A program made the position numbers and the translations under genes. The notes under the pieces were generated by a model. It was not told the DNA's origin and made no database searches. It saw only the letters and a list, made by a program, of their open reading frames with translations. From the NCBI GenBank assembly GCA_031263025.1, contig JAISGO010000016.1, forward strand, positions 28,018-92,017: a stretch of 64,000 nt of DNA. Direction: 5' to 3'. This stretch comes from Coriobacteriales bacterium (GTDB lineage Bacteria; Actinomycetota; Coriobacteriia; Coriobacteriales; UBA8131). How positions within the stretch are numbered: the stretch's first letter is position 1; each line of letters opens with the position of its first letter. This document shows, one piece after another, positions 34,601 to 42,634 of the stretch.

Positions 34601-37600
34601 CAAGGATCAAGGTGTTTCCGATCTTGGCCTTAAAGACTTCAACATCACGGTCAGCCGAGACTCAGGCGAAGACGTTATTGCCAATGGCTATGCCATTCAT
34701 GTGGCGATTATCTATGCTGGCAGCAGCTACACTCTCAGTGGCGCACCCGCTGCTGCTAACTTCGTTATCACCCCAGCTCCCCTCAAGGTGGTATGGACCT
34801 CGCAGAACCAGCCAAACACCATTTTCTCTTATCCCTATAACGGGCAAGTACACCAGATCTTCGCTGATCTCGACAGTCTCAAGAATGGCGAGGATTTAAC
34901 CCTTGTTCCCGGTGGAGTTTTTAGCGCCACATCTGCTAATAGCTATACCGCTACGGTTTCTGCTGTTACTGCGGGCAAGAGTGCGAATCCGGGTAAGCCT
35001 TCTAACTACAGTTTTACCTCTGACAGCAAGAATTGGACCATCACCCAAGAGGAAATCGATTTTGCCCAGATCCAGGCAGGCAGCCTTAATACGCTGATCA
35101 AGGAATACGGCGAGAACGATCCCGACATCCAGGCGGTGGTGTGGACCTATGCCAGGGGCGTGCTCTCATCCGAGGGCGTGCTCGACTCTGACCTCGACCA
35201 ATTCATGATCACTGCGACGCGGACTTCTGGTGAGGACAAGGGGAGTTATCCTCTCACCATCACGGTCGACTACAACGGCTCTGACTACGACGTCAAGAAC
35301 CAGCCCGCTGACGCGAACTTCACCATCACGGCCGCGCCGCTCACGGTCGCTTGGACTTCGGATAACCAGGACAACACCCTGATGACCTATGAGTATGACG
35401 CGAAGCCACATAAGATCAACTTCGAGCTTAAGGGTCTGAAGAACGATGAGGAACTGACTCCGGATACCACGGGTACCTTCTCGGAAAAGGTGGCAGGCAG
35501 CTATATCGCCGAGGTCACCGGCATCAAAGATGGTAGCGGTGCCAAGGGGGGTAAGGCATCCAATTATAGCCTGGCCCCCTCCAAGCAAGGTTGGAGCATC
35601 GGTCAGAATGGCATTGACCTCGGCCAGATCTATCTGAGCAACCTCAGTCTGACTAAGGTCTACGGCGTTGCTGATCCCGATCTCAGTCTCGCGGTCACCC
35701 CCTACGTCCAGCGAGTCCTCACCAGCGAGGGCGTACATGCTGACGACCTGGGTGATTTCACCATCTCAGCTCAGCGTGTTCCAGGCGAAGATGCCGGCCC
35801 CTACGCTCTGACGGTGGGTGTCACTTATAACGGTAGTAACTATAGCATCGGCACTTCCACGCCTGATCCGGGTATTTTCACCATCACCCCGGCGCCGCTG
35901 ACGGTGGTCTGGACTTCCGATGATCCCTCAGGTAGCATGACCTTTCCCTATGACGGCCAAGTCCACGCCGTTTACGCAGCCCTCGACGGCCTTAAGAATG
36001 GTGAAGACCTTACTCTGAACAGAACCGGGACTTTCAAAACCAAGGTTGCCGGCAGCCATACTGCTACGGTCGCTGGTGTTACTTTGGGCACGGGCGCGAA
36101 GCCCGGCGACCCCTCCAACTACAGTTTTACCTCTGACAGCAAGAATTGGACCATCACCCAAGAGGAAATCGATTTGGCCCAGATCCAGGCAGGCAGCCTT
36201 AATATGCTGGCCAAGGAATACGGCGAGAACGACCCCGACATCCAGGCGGCGGTGTGGACCTATGCCAGGGGCGTGCTCTCATCCGAGGGCGTGCTTAACT
36301 CTGACCTCGACCAATTCATGATCTCGGCGACGCGGACTTCCGGTGAGGACAAGGGGAGTTATCCTCTCACCATCACGGTCGACTACAACGGCTCTGACTA
36401 CAACGTCAAGAACCAGCCCGCTGACGCGAACTTCGCTATCACGCCTGCACCGCTCACGGTTGTTTGGACCTCGGATAACCCCTTGCCCGGCGACCTCGCT
36501 TATGAATATGATGGCTTTTCCCATAAGATCAACCCCGGTCTCTCCGGTCTTAAGAACGGAGAGGAACTCGTCCTGACCACCGCCGGCGACCTCTCGGCAA
36601 GCATCGCCGGTGTCTATACCGCCGAGGTCACCGGAATCGGCAACGGCGACCCCGCGAAGCATGGCAAGCCTGGAAAGGTCAGCAATTATAGCTTCAGCCC
36701 CTCTAGCCAAGTCTGGAAGATCCTCCAGAACGCGGTCGACGTGGGGCGAATCGACCTTAAGGACCTGCATTTGGCCAAGGTCTATGGCGAAGATGACCCT
36801 GATTTCGCGCAAGCGGTCGCGAGCTCTGTCCGTGCTGGCCTCAGGGCTGAGGGCGTGCACATAGATGACCTAGATCTGTTCCAGATCTCGGCGGTCAGGG
36901 ATCCCGGGCAGAACGTGGGCAGGTACGACCTGCGAGTCGCGATCGACTACGCCGGAAACGATTACGCCGTGACCGGCGCTAGCGTCAACGCCGATTTCGA
37001 GATCACCCCGGCGCCTCTCACGGTGTCTTGGGTTTCGGATGGTCCGGCGAACGGTGGGATGACTTATGTCTACGATGGTCAAGAGCACCAGATCCGCGCG
37101 GTGTTCTCCGGTTTGAGATATGGCGATGGTCTGACCATGGTGCGGTCCGGAGATTTCTCAGGTATCGCCGCGGGAGATTATGACGCTCATGTCACCGACG
37201 TCTCCGATGGCGATGCGACCTGGCCTGGTTTCGCGATGAACTACGACTTCACGCCCTCCACCCAACACTGGACCATCGCGAAGGAGAAGGTCGACCTCGC
37301 GTTGATCGATCTGGCCACCTTAAAGCTCGCCAAGGTCAGAGGAGAAAGTGACCCCGACTTGAGCGCCAAAGTCAGTGATTACGTCCGCGGGGTGCTCGTT
37401 TCCGAGGGCGTACAGACCTTCGACCTGGACGACTTCCAGATCACGGCCAAGCGCGCTGCGGGCGAGAAGGTGGGAAGTTATCGCCTGACGATCGCGATCC
37501 TCTACTCCGGAAGTGACTACGACCTCATCGGTGAACCTGGAGCCGGTACGTTCAGCATCACTCCGAGCGCGGCCAAGGATAAGCCGGACAAGCCCGGCAA

Positions 37601-38222
37601 GTCGGATAAGCAAGATAAGAAAGACAAGCAGGACAAGCAGGATGAGCCAGGGTCTGGTTCTGATGTCAAGAAGCAGGATGAAGGGGCTCAGGATAAGGGC
37701 CAGGGCAATGGGCAGGACAATAGTCAGCCAAGGCTCGGTCTCGATCCCGATGTCGACGCGACGGGCGAAGACGGCACGGGGCAACCTCCGGTACCGGGGC
37801 CTTCGACTGGCACTGCCACCGATTCTGGCAATCAACAGAAACCGACCATGAGCGCCGGCGGAGGCAGCCAGGGTCTCGACCCGTTGGCGGCGTTAGGCGC
37901 CTTGCTAGGCGGAGTTGCCTTACTCTTCTTCCTCATCCTGATGGGGTTATGCTTCTGGTACCGTCCGCCTTTCAGGATTCGGCTTCCGAAGAGGCGCCTC
38001 TCCTTCGTGGTCGAACCCGACGATTACGAGAAGACGAAGCAGAACATCCTCGAGACTGGCGTGAGCGTGTACGACTGGCGTCATCGTCAGATTGCCAACT
38101 CCCGTCTGGCCGTCATCCGCATCTCGAAGCACGCGAAGGGTTATGTGGTTCGGCTCGGCGTCTACAAAAACGATGCGCCCCGCGTGTACCGACGTGCCCG
38201 TAAAACCCTGTACCAGTCTTAA
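28629..38222 (+). CDS. Giant surface protein 2: three large modules, six MBG(YGX)-like / YDG-like repeats, C-terminal TM anchor and basic tail
   Basis: 3197 aa. N-terminal signal/anchor KLVLSVILIICLSGSLMFA, then an acidic Pro-rich spacer. Modules at nt 29007-30725, 30726-32713 and 32714-34485 carry GFKWS, SPDHAIAIK.GT.VTLHV, PGIDVGG, many AAIG[TSG]G turns, NGGSLYT.GA, YPVYV and AAVLWLPGA. Then come KVYG.[ND]DP...GSYPLT...ANF.ITPAPLTV units alternating with Y.YDG..H units, a KD-rich stretch, a TM at about 37875-37961 and an 86-aa tail. No LPXTG. Confidence 0.85.
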   Translation: MKTSNAPKRSRSLAKLVLSVILIICLSGSLMFANGLDLSRLAGADTIQTSAASETETAAESESVADFEVTPESESAVTPEPAADPEETSLADPAVDPEPALDPDPAAAPEAAQARGGRAQRAAPGTGVGFSWNPSSAASVSGNILKVNGDITLTTDDATMPAVNGDHAVAVPCGKTVKISVVTNSGQKFPSGINLAPQSGSLPGIDVGGDATNFTASTILNLDIAAGATVTTIGVGAFGAGIRVEYLNAQKTASLNVSGEGTLNANGGEFNNRGTRGNPAIGAPNTTLKTNDSGNISIVDATVNAKGGVYAPSIGVGTSSNDASGNFAGNFSASGTATIQAYASERAAAIGTAETLEAKGGANFTGDFSLSGQAKLTAITYNGSTAIGTGGIPCQEFSGNVDISEQATLKINALTYNGVIYSNRGGVGIGSSTRAKGLTGTMTVSDAATVTIYAGSGINTKGGGQIIVNGGLLDVYGDGGGSVGYDVNAGIIAGGGTKPTLVVNGGTVIATAGTDNAGTTWGPGINGNVIINGGSLYTSGASGVGQSGGAVDTATVGSPSIKGTVQNNAGKDLYPVYVDAGYATSGTIAVPAAVGFISSDYTAPLGDLRQPDLGGLLPVGYLNELGMPPLPTTDTLAAVLWLPGAAGPSYAEYSGVVASANPTGGIYEVKVEDNNKAFGPENLSGTALQTKLNLVKVEPVVQIGFKWSLDGSAWADRNKYVSQDPNTHIATINGSTDQQNPLELWISTANDQADWLYGTSGNYTKGGQGQASPDHAIAIKTGTYVTLHVLADTSGQYGTTVTGGINCSPAAATAVPGIDVGGAVTTLNANTTLNLNIADTAKVTCVAAQETIPGVRVEYTSSNAYANFNLSGKGTLEVNNNFLKTNSAAAIGGSGYDVANDSTPSTCGNISIKDTTVVAINKTFRGAAIGTGTSRTSNFKGNISIFGSANVTATAFTGVSGTAAGIGTAREDSVTGVTIQNSFTGSVTISDSAIVKATGGGAGIGMGNSNSSTPGYLSGAITISDNATVIAQGTNRSAGIGTGYGNNGSNSITGKITIGTGSGDTCKVYAKGGDGGPGLGSGGGGINNSPSGDVGDIVVNGGTLIAQAGDAVATRYTSNPPAAGIGSGPIIHINNQSLPGKPADLTINGGTVIAIGSGVIPYSASTPNPNPPGAPWAPGVGSSLRSADGAMTTGGSVTVNGGSLYTYGASSVGKTDGSVNTSSKASPSISGMVKNAGGKTAYPVYVQDGYASEGTITVPALSGVTAAAYSALLCDLDSANLGGLLDANFQKALSDAGLAFAAPAADPISAVLWLPGAANPYNTYKNITTNLGAGTRQAVVENAYPAYTTAYNNKRNILDVQPIVHLGFKWSEDSGATKNWFDENGNVDQDTIKRVATITGSSDPNHPFDLWVTTANDQSAWYYGSPGNYTPGGKGQASPDHAIAIKAGTFVTLHVVTDSVGTYGTTASGGLNCSPTTYGGSALDLLNGASTTDVTGLTLDLGQGATLTAAGHTYGAGVRVADLSAYGGGKAALAITGSGTLIARGGLGDDAYGSAGIGTVAANGASVGYGNSYANSADLGSVSISGSVKVSAIGADDDDYYGAAGIGTGFSFNGRSGDLKGDIEIFGAAQVSARGGAFASGIGSGLSDADSSGSWSGSLTIGSDPRDTCQVFASAPRGVGVGSGRAFSGFSSGDVGDVLVNAGLLYARGGDVDDSGSAGIGSGSSDQVSTGRPANLTVRGGVVIAIGGSNDESDPSQATEWAPGIGSSLGGTMNGGGSTVVNGGNLYTSGAARQNDGSVNTTSFASPSIQGSVTNTDSTDLYPVYVPSSYATSGTVTVPTIAGATKSNYAAPLCNLAAADLGGLINSGTQAQLTQTGIALTAPTTDPLAAVLWLPGAVSPYQRYQNITLSDNASVGALTALVENAVPTYAAAQASGSTSQPYQPKRNIVIAPIIDLSQIKPASLSGLTKVYGDNDPSDWISKVQSYAVDILKDQGVSDLGLKDFNITVSRDSGEDVIANGYAIHVAIIYAGSSYTLSGAPAAANFVITPAPLKVVWTSQNQPNTIFSYPYNGQVHQIFADLDSLKNGEDLTLVPGGVFSATSANSYTATVSAVTAGKSANPGKPSNYSFTSDSKNWTITQEEIDFAQIQAGSLNTLIKEYGENDPDIQAVVWTYARGVLSSEGVLDSDLDQFMITATRTSGEDKGSYPLTITVDYNGSDYDVKNQPADANFTITAAPLTVAWTSDNQDNTLMTYEYDAKPHKINFELKGLKNDEELTPDTTGTFSEKVAGSYIAEVTGIKDGSGAKGGKASNYSLAPSKQGWSIGQNGIDLGQIYLSNLSLTKVYGVADPDLSLAVTPYVQRVLTSEGVHADDLGDFTISAQRVPGEDAGPYALTVGVTYNGSNYSIGTSTPDPGIFTITPAPLTVVWTSDDPSGSMTFPYDGQVHAVYAALDGLKNGEDLTLNRTGTFKTKVAGSHTATVAGVTLGTGAKPGDPSNYSFTSDSKNWTITQEEIDLAQIQAGSLNMLAKEYGENDPDIQAAVWTYARGVLSSEGVLNSDLDQFMISATRTSGEDKGSYPLTITVDYNGSDYNVKNQPADANFAITPAPLTVVWTSDNPLPGDLAYEYDGFSHKINPGLSGLKNGEELVLTTAGDLSASIAGVYTAEVTGIGNGDPAKHGKPGKVSNYSFSPSSQVWKILQNAVDVGRIDLKDLHLAKVYGEDDPDFAQAVASSVRAGLRAEGVHIDDLDLFQISAVRDPGQNVGRYDLRVAIDYAGNDYAVTGASVNADFEITPAPLTVSWVSDGPANGGMTYVYDGQEHQIRAVFSGLRYGDGLTMVRSGDFSGIAAGDYDAHVTDVSDGDATWPGFAMNYDFTPSTQHWTIAKEKVDLALIDLATLKLAKVRGESDPDLSAKVSDYVRGVLVSEGVQTFDLDDFQITAKRAAGEKVGSYRLTIAILYSGSDYDLIGEPGAGTFSITPSAAKDKPDKPGKSDKQDKKDKQDKQDEPGSGSDVKKQDEGAQDKGQGNGQDNSQPRLGLDPDVDATGEDGTGQPPVPGPSTGTATDSGNQQKPTMSAGGGSQGLDPLAALGALLGGVALLFFLILMGLCFWYRPPFRIRLPKRRLSFVVEPDDYEKTKQNILETGVSVYDWRHRQIANSRLAVIRISKHAKGYVVRLGVYKNDAPRVYRRARKTLYQS

Positions 38223-38232
38223 ACTCCCAACT

Positions 38233-38262
38233 CCCGGGGACACCCTATAGAGTGTCCCCGGG
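38233..38262. repeat. GGGGACAC palindrome (CCCGGGGACAC-loop-GTGTCCCCGGG) just after the giant gene 2 stop
   Basis: 11-bp stem with the loop CCTATAGA. The same core is found at 62257-62288 and, degenerate, at 60085-60110. Could act as a terminator, but there is no T-tract. Confidence 0.5.
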
Positions 38263-38312
38263 AGAGGATGATACCCCCCACTGCATCGCAAGCGGATTTG
38301 CTTCGCGAAATC

Positions 38313-38337
38313 GGCGGGCGACATCCTGTCGCCCGCC
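38313..38337. repeat. GC hairpin repeat GGCGGGCGACA-TCC-TGTCGCCCGCC, copy 2
   Basis: 11-bp perfect stem. Related to 20716-20738. Confidence 0.5.
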
Positions 38338-38411
38338 AGTTAAGCTAGAAGTTACCGCTTACGAGAGAGAAGGTAATAAGGAAGCGTCCCCTTGTTACCT
38401 TTTCGGCATTG

Positions 38412-39932
38412 TTATTCCGCTTCTCCCTCTTTCTCCCATAATGTCTCGGCGGCTACGGCTGGTTTGCTGAAGAGGCTGACCAAGGGGACGATCAGCAGGG
38501 AGGCCAGCATGGTGAGGGCGCCGCAGACGATGGAACTGCCGATGAGGCCGGTCGCCAGGTTCAGGAGGGTGAGGCCGATGCCGAAGCCGAAGCTGGCCCA
38601 GACTGCCGCGCGGGAGACCCGCTTGAGGTAGAGCCCCCAGACAAAGGGCCCGAGGAAGGCGCCGGCCAAGGCTCCCCAGGAGATACCCATCAGCTGGGCG
38701 ATGAAAGCAAGGGAGTTTTGGTATTGGACGATCGCGATGACTGCGGAGATAACTATGAAGACTACCAATAAGACGCGCATCCAAATCAACTGACGTCGCT
38801 CGTCCATCCGCTTGACTAGGTTGCCTTTGATTAAGTCGAGGGTGAGGGTCGAAGACGAAGTCAGCACCAGCGAGGACAGGGTGGACATCGAGGCGGAGAG
38901 GACGAGCACCACCACGATACCTACCAGGATGTCAGGTAGGCCTTGCAGCATGGTTGGGATGATGGAGTCGAAGAGGGGAGTGCCGGCGCCAACCGCCCCC
39001 GTCGCCGCGCCGTCGCTGTAGGCTATCTGCCCGGCGAAGAGGCGCCCGAAGCCGCCGAGGAAATAGCTCCCACCAGCCACGACCAGGGCGAAGGCTGTGG
39101 AGATGAAGGCGCCTTTGCGCAGTGCCGGAACGTCCTTGATGGCATAGAACTTGGAGACCATCTGGGGCATCGCCCAGGTGCCGAGGCTGGTCAGGATGAT
39201 GACCGCGACCAGGTTCGCGGCGTCGGGGCCGAAGAGGCTGGCGAAGATGCCGGCGGGCGCGCCGCTCGCCGGGTCGCTCACCTGCGCCATCTGGGCGAGC
39301 GCGCTCGCGAAGCCGCCGTGTCCGGTCAGCACTGCCCAGACCACCGCCACTATTCCCACCAACATCACGATGCCTTGTACGAAATCGTTCAGCGCCGTTG
39401 CCATGTAGCCGCCGAAGACGACGTATATGCAGGTCACGACCGCCATCGCCGCCACGCACCATTCAAAGGGGATGCCGAAGCTGGCCTGGAAGAGGCGGGA
39501 GAGGCCGTTGTAGACGCTTGCCGTGTAGGGGATCAGGAAGACGAAGACGATCAGCGCGGCGCAGATCCGGATGGCGCGGCTGTGGTAGCGTTTGCCGAGG
39601 AAGTCGGGCATGGTCTGGGCCTGCAGCCGCTGGCTCATCCGGCGCACCCGCGGCCCCAGCACCCACCAGGCGAGCAGGCTGCCGAGGATGGCGTTGCCGA
39701 TGCCGATCCAGCTCGCCGCGATCCCGAACTTCCAACCGAACTGGCCGGCGTAACCGATGAAGATGACCGCCGAGAAGTACGAGGTCCCGTAGCTGAAGGC
39801 GGAAAGCCAGGGCCCGACCTTGCGCCCGCCCAGGACGAAACCTTCCACCGAGCGGGCGACTTTGCGGCTGCCTAGCCCGATCGCGATGGCGACGCCGAAG
39901 AAAGCGACGACCAGAATTATCTTGATGAACAT
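38412..39932 (-). CDS. Sodium:solute symporter (SSS) family transporter
   Basis: Start moved to ATG 39932 (MFIKIILVVAFFGVAIAIG...). About 13 TM segments. FVLGGRKVGPWLSAFSYGTSYFSAV is typical of PanF/PutP-type SSS proteins. Substrate is not assignable. Confidence 0.8.
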   Translation of the reverse strand: MFIKIILVVAFFGVAIAIGLGSRKVARSVEGFVLGGRKVGPWLSAFSYGTSYFSAVIFIGYAGQFGWKFGIAASWIGIGNAILGSLLAWWVLGPRVRRMSQRLQAQTMPDFLGKRYHSRAIRICAALIVFVFLIPYTASVYNGLSRLFQASFGIPFEWCVAAMAVVTCIYVVFGGYMATALNDFVQGIVMLVGIVAVVWAVLTGHGGFASALAQMAQVSDPASGAPAGIFASLFGPDAANLVAVIILTSLGTWAMPQMVSKFYAIKDVPALRKGAFISTAFALVVAGGSYFLGGFGRLFAGQIAYSDGAATGAVGAGTPLFDSIIPTMLQGLPDILVGIVVVLVLSASMSTLSSLVLTSSSTLTLDLIKGNLVKRMDERRQLIWMRVLLVVFIVISAVIAIVQYQNSLAFIAQLMGISWGALAGAFLGPFVWGLYLKRVSRAAVWASFGFGIGLTLLNLATGLIGSSIVCGALTMLASLLIVPLVSLFSKPAVAAETLWEKEGEAE

Positions 39933-40228
39933 GTCGATATCCTTTGCTGCCAGAATCCTCGCATGACCTATGCACGCGGAAAATTCTTGACTCTGATGTA
40001 ATTTGATGCTGAACAAGGCCTGCGACGTGAGCGCAAGTAGGCGCAAGCCCAAAGAGGGCCGCGCTCAGGGCACATAGCTTCGACGCAGGAGGGCGCCGCC
40101 TATAAGCTATGCGCTAAAGGTATCGATAATAAGCAGGGGAATAGTTAAGCCCGGCTGCAAGGGAGCGAACCGCGCTAGCAGCCAAGCCAGGCTGCGAAGA
40201 AATGTCTCCTAGAGAAAACATGGCACGT

Positions 40229-40237
40229 ATTGTAACA
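40229..40237 (-). promoter_or_regulatory. Candidate extended -10 (TGTTACAAT on the minus strand) about 295 nt upstream of the SSS start
   Basis: Plus-strand ATTGTAACA at 40229-40237. Implies a long structured 5' leader. Confidence 0.3.
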
Positions 40238-40309
40238 AATTGTCTTAGGTAAGCGGGGGAGCGCTACAAACTGGCAGTAAGACAGAGAGAAGCGCTCCCA
40301 GATTAGGCG

Positions 40310-40873
40310 TTAGGCCTTGATCCAGTCCACCAGATCAGCAATCTTGGCCTGCACTGCTGCGTCGTCAGCTAAGCTGCCGGGCACGCTACCGCCGCCCAGG
40401 GCCAGTACTTTCTGCTCGCTGAAACCGCAGACCGCGAAAGTCTGGGCCAGCTTCTCGTCATAGGCTTGGTATTCCTCGTCTGAGCCGCCGCAGGTGGTGA
40501 CCAGGGCGAACTTCTTGCCGCCCTTGCTGGCCATGGACATGTTGGGCTTGGCTGGGTTGAAGAATGGATAGCTGCGGTCGACGAAGGTCTTGGCCTGGGC
40601 GGTGAGCTCTCCGTAGTAGATGGGGGAGAGCAGCACCAGCGCGTCGCAGCTGTCCAGCTCGGGGACGAGGGCCCCCATGTCGTCTTTCTGGATGCACTGG
40701 GCGCTGTCTTGGTGCTTGCACCAGTCGCAGCCCTGACAGTAGCGGATATCGGCTTCTTTGAAGTCGATGTAGGTGGGGTCGCTGTCGGCCAGGCCGACCA
40801 GGATGCGCTTGGCCAGGACTTCGCAGTTGCCGCCCTTGCGCGGGGTGGTGTTGATGATGATGATCTTTGCCAT
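40310..40873 (-). CDS. Flavodoxin-like FMN reductase / iron-sulfur flavoprotein-like protein
   Basis: 187 aa. KIIIINTTPRKGGNC, a Cys cluster CQGCDWCKHQDSAQC and LLSPIYYGE are typical of NADPH-dependent FMN reductase/Isf-like proteins. Confidence 0.7.
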   Translation of the reverse strand: MAKIIIINTTPRKGGNCEVLAKRILVGLADSDPTYIDFKEADIRYCQGCDWCKHQDSAQCIQKDDMGALVPELDSCDALVLLSPIYYGELTAQAKTFVDRSYPFFNPAKPNMSMASKGGKKFALVTTCGGSDEEYQAYDEKLAQTFAVCGFSEQKVLALGGGSVPGSLADDAAVQAKIADLVDWIKA

Positions 40874-40932
40874 GATGTTTCCTTTCGACCAGGCTATTCT
40901 AGTCCTTGCCGAGGTTCCGGGTCAGGGCGCGT

Positions 40933-41634
40933 TCAGTTACCGCTGTTGGAGGGGAGGAATGGCCGCAGCTGCTCGCTGAAGTCCTTAAGGTTGAGGGTCT
41001 GGATATAGATTTTGCCGCTGCCGCTGAAGTGGTTGACCAGACCTTCGCCGGTGCCGATCGAACCGAGGAAGCCGCTCTGCAGTTCGATCCGATAATCGAG
41101 GGCGGCGTCCCAGGCCACTACGTGGTTATTGTCGATGGTGAAGTCCTGGGCATCGTCCAAGGTGACCTCGGCGATGGAGCCAAAGGCATTGACCAGGATG
41201 CGGCCGCAGCCTTCGGTGGTCATGACGAAGAAACCACCCTGGCCGCCGAAGAAAGCCTTGCCCAGTGACTGGTGCTTAAGCGAATAGCCGACCGTCGGAT
41301 CCATCGCCAGGAAAGAACGGTCATTGAGGCGGTATTGCACCTGCCCGACCTCTAATACCTGGATGGCCCCGGGCGTGGCCGGTGCGATCGCCATCTGGCC
41401 GCCACTTTGGCTGACCACCTCAGTGATGAAGACCGACTCGCCGCTGGTGATGCTGCGCCCGATCGCGCTGGCGAGTTTGCCGAGCCCATTGCCTTTGGCG
41501 TTGAGCTTGGCGTTCAGCGAAAGCCCGCCCTGCATGAAGATCATCGACCCATGCGCGATATAGGTGGTTTCGCCAGGTGCGAAGGTCAGCGTGGCATAGG
41601 GGAATTGCAGGTTGCGCTCAACAGAAATATCCAT
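40933..41634 (-). CDS. AIM24 / TIGR00266 family protein
   Basis: 233 aa. LTFAPGETTYIAHGSMIFMQGG...SGESVFITE...GEGLVNHFSGSGKIYIQT follows the AIM24-family pattern. Confidence 0.75.
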   Translation of the reverse strand: MDISVERNLQFPYATLTFAPGETTYIAHGSMIFMQGGLSLNAKLNAKGNGLGKLASAIGRSITSGESVFITEVVSQSGGQMAIAPATPGAIQVLEVGQVQYRLNDRSFLAMDPTVGYSLKHQSLGKAFFGGQGGFFVMTTEGCGRILVNAFGSIAEVTLDDAQDFTIDNNHVVAWDAALDYRIELQSGFLGSIGTGEGLVNHFSGSGKIYIQTLNLKDFSEQLRPFLPSNSGN

Positions 41635-41767
41635 CTCTTTCCTCCCGATCCGAGATATCCTAAGCGTGTTGATTGTACTGTATGATGATACTTTCAGTAA
41701 GTGCCAAACCGGATTTCACAGACTCCATTAGGCGACGCTAAGTGCTTGTTATGACAGCTGCTTAGGC

Positions 41768-42574
41768 TCAGACGAATAGATAGGCGGCCTGGAGCTGCTG
41801 ACGCTTGGCTGCGGTCATACCGAGGTCATCGCCAAGGTAGGCTTCGAGCCCGCCACGCTCTTGGTCGAGGGCGTCAAGGTAGATATTGAGACGGCGGCGT
41901 TCGGGGAGGAGGATGGGGCGATAGAAAGCGAGGTCTGCGGCAGAAGTACCTTGCGCTTCGAGATGGTCGAGCACGCCTTGGAAGAAGCGGGCACTGAGCA
42001 TGTATTCGGCGGTCGCGGTAGCTATGTCGAAGCCGAGGACACGTAGCATCAGGAAAGTGCCCACACCAGCGCGGTCCTTGCCCTGGGTGCAGTGCCAGAG
42101 CAGGGGGCGGCCGGCGGCCTCGAGCGCGAGCTCGAAGAAAGCACGGTAGGCTGCAGTGGCGCGGGTACTGGTGGCGAGCAGCTGGTAGACCAGGTCAAGC
42201 TGGCCTGCGAGCTCAGCGGGGCTGGGACGGTCCGGGGAGTCCACCAGGTCGGCGCTGGTGCGGATGTGGATGCGCTCGCCGGGATGGCGCGGGTCGTCCA
42301 TGTCGCGGACCTCGTTCATATCTACGGTGGGCAAGCTATGATAGCTGGCGCCTGCGACCGGCTGGTCAGGTGAGTCCTCGAGCTCAGTCTCGCCGCGGAA
42401 GTCCACTACCGCCCAAGGGCCGAAGTCGTCGTGCAGGCGGGTCAGGTCGGCCTCGCTGGCCTGGGAGAAGTTGCCGCTGCGCATTAGCGCCTTCGGGCGC
42501 ACTTTAGCGCCGTCTGCACGAGTGATCCCGCTCAGATCGCGGAAGTTCTGGATGCCTTCAAAGGTATAGAACAT
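41768..42574 (-). CDS. Protein-tyrosine phosphatase (Y_phosphatase3-like)
   Basis: CX5R active site HCTQGKDRAG. N-terminal NFRDLSG is typical of the family. Confidence 0.8.
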   Translation of the reverse strand: MFYTFEGIQNFRDLSGITRADGAKVRPKALMRSGNFSQASEADLTRLHDDFGPWAVVDFRGETELEDSPDQPVAGASYHSLPTVDMNEVRDMDDPRHPGERIHIRTSADLVDSPDRPSPAELAGQLDLVYQLLATSTRATAAYRAFFELALEAAGRPLLWHCTQGKDRAGVGTFLMLRVLGFDIATATAEYMLSARFFQGVLDHLEAQGTSAADLAFYRPILLPERRRLNIYLDALDQERGGLEAYLGDDLGMTAAKRQQLQAAYLFV

Positions 42575-42634
42575 AGGTTTAGTTTAGCAGGTAGCGGAAA
42601 GACACAGGAAATCCTTGACAGTCCGGGCCGTCTC

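Noticed and set aside
28629-38222. LPXTG sortase signal or choline-binding/LysM anchors in the giant proteins
   Set aside because: I scanned the C-terminal regions by eye. Only LPTTD (internal) and LPGA motifs occur, and none is followed by a hydrophobic stretch and a basic tail. Anchoring appears to be by TM helices or the WxL-like domain instead.
28769-38324. Antisense and alternative-frame ORFs inside giant gene 2 (e.g. 33933-34610, 35166-35738, 36279-36860, 37320-37835)
   Set aside because: Same reasoning. The near-duplicate pair 35166-35738 / 36279-36860 simply mirrors the internal duplication of the sense gene.
38943-39975. Long ORFs antisense to or out of frame with the SSS transporter gene (310 aa, 176 aa, 170 aa)
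   Set aside because: The sense frame encodes an unmistakable multi-TM transporter. The alternatives are Arg/Gly/Pro/Asp-rich artefacts.
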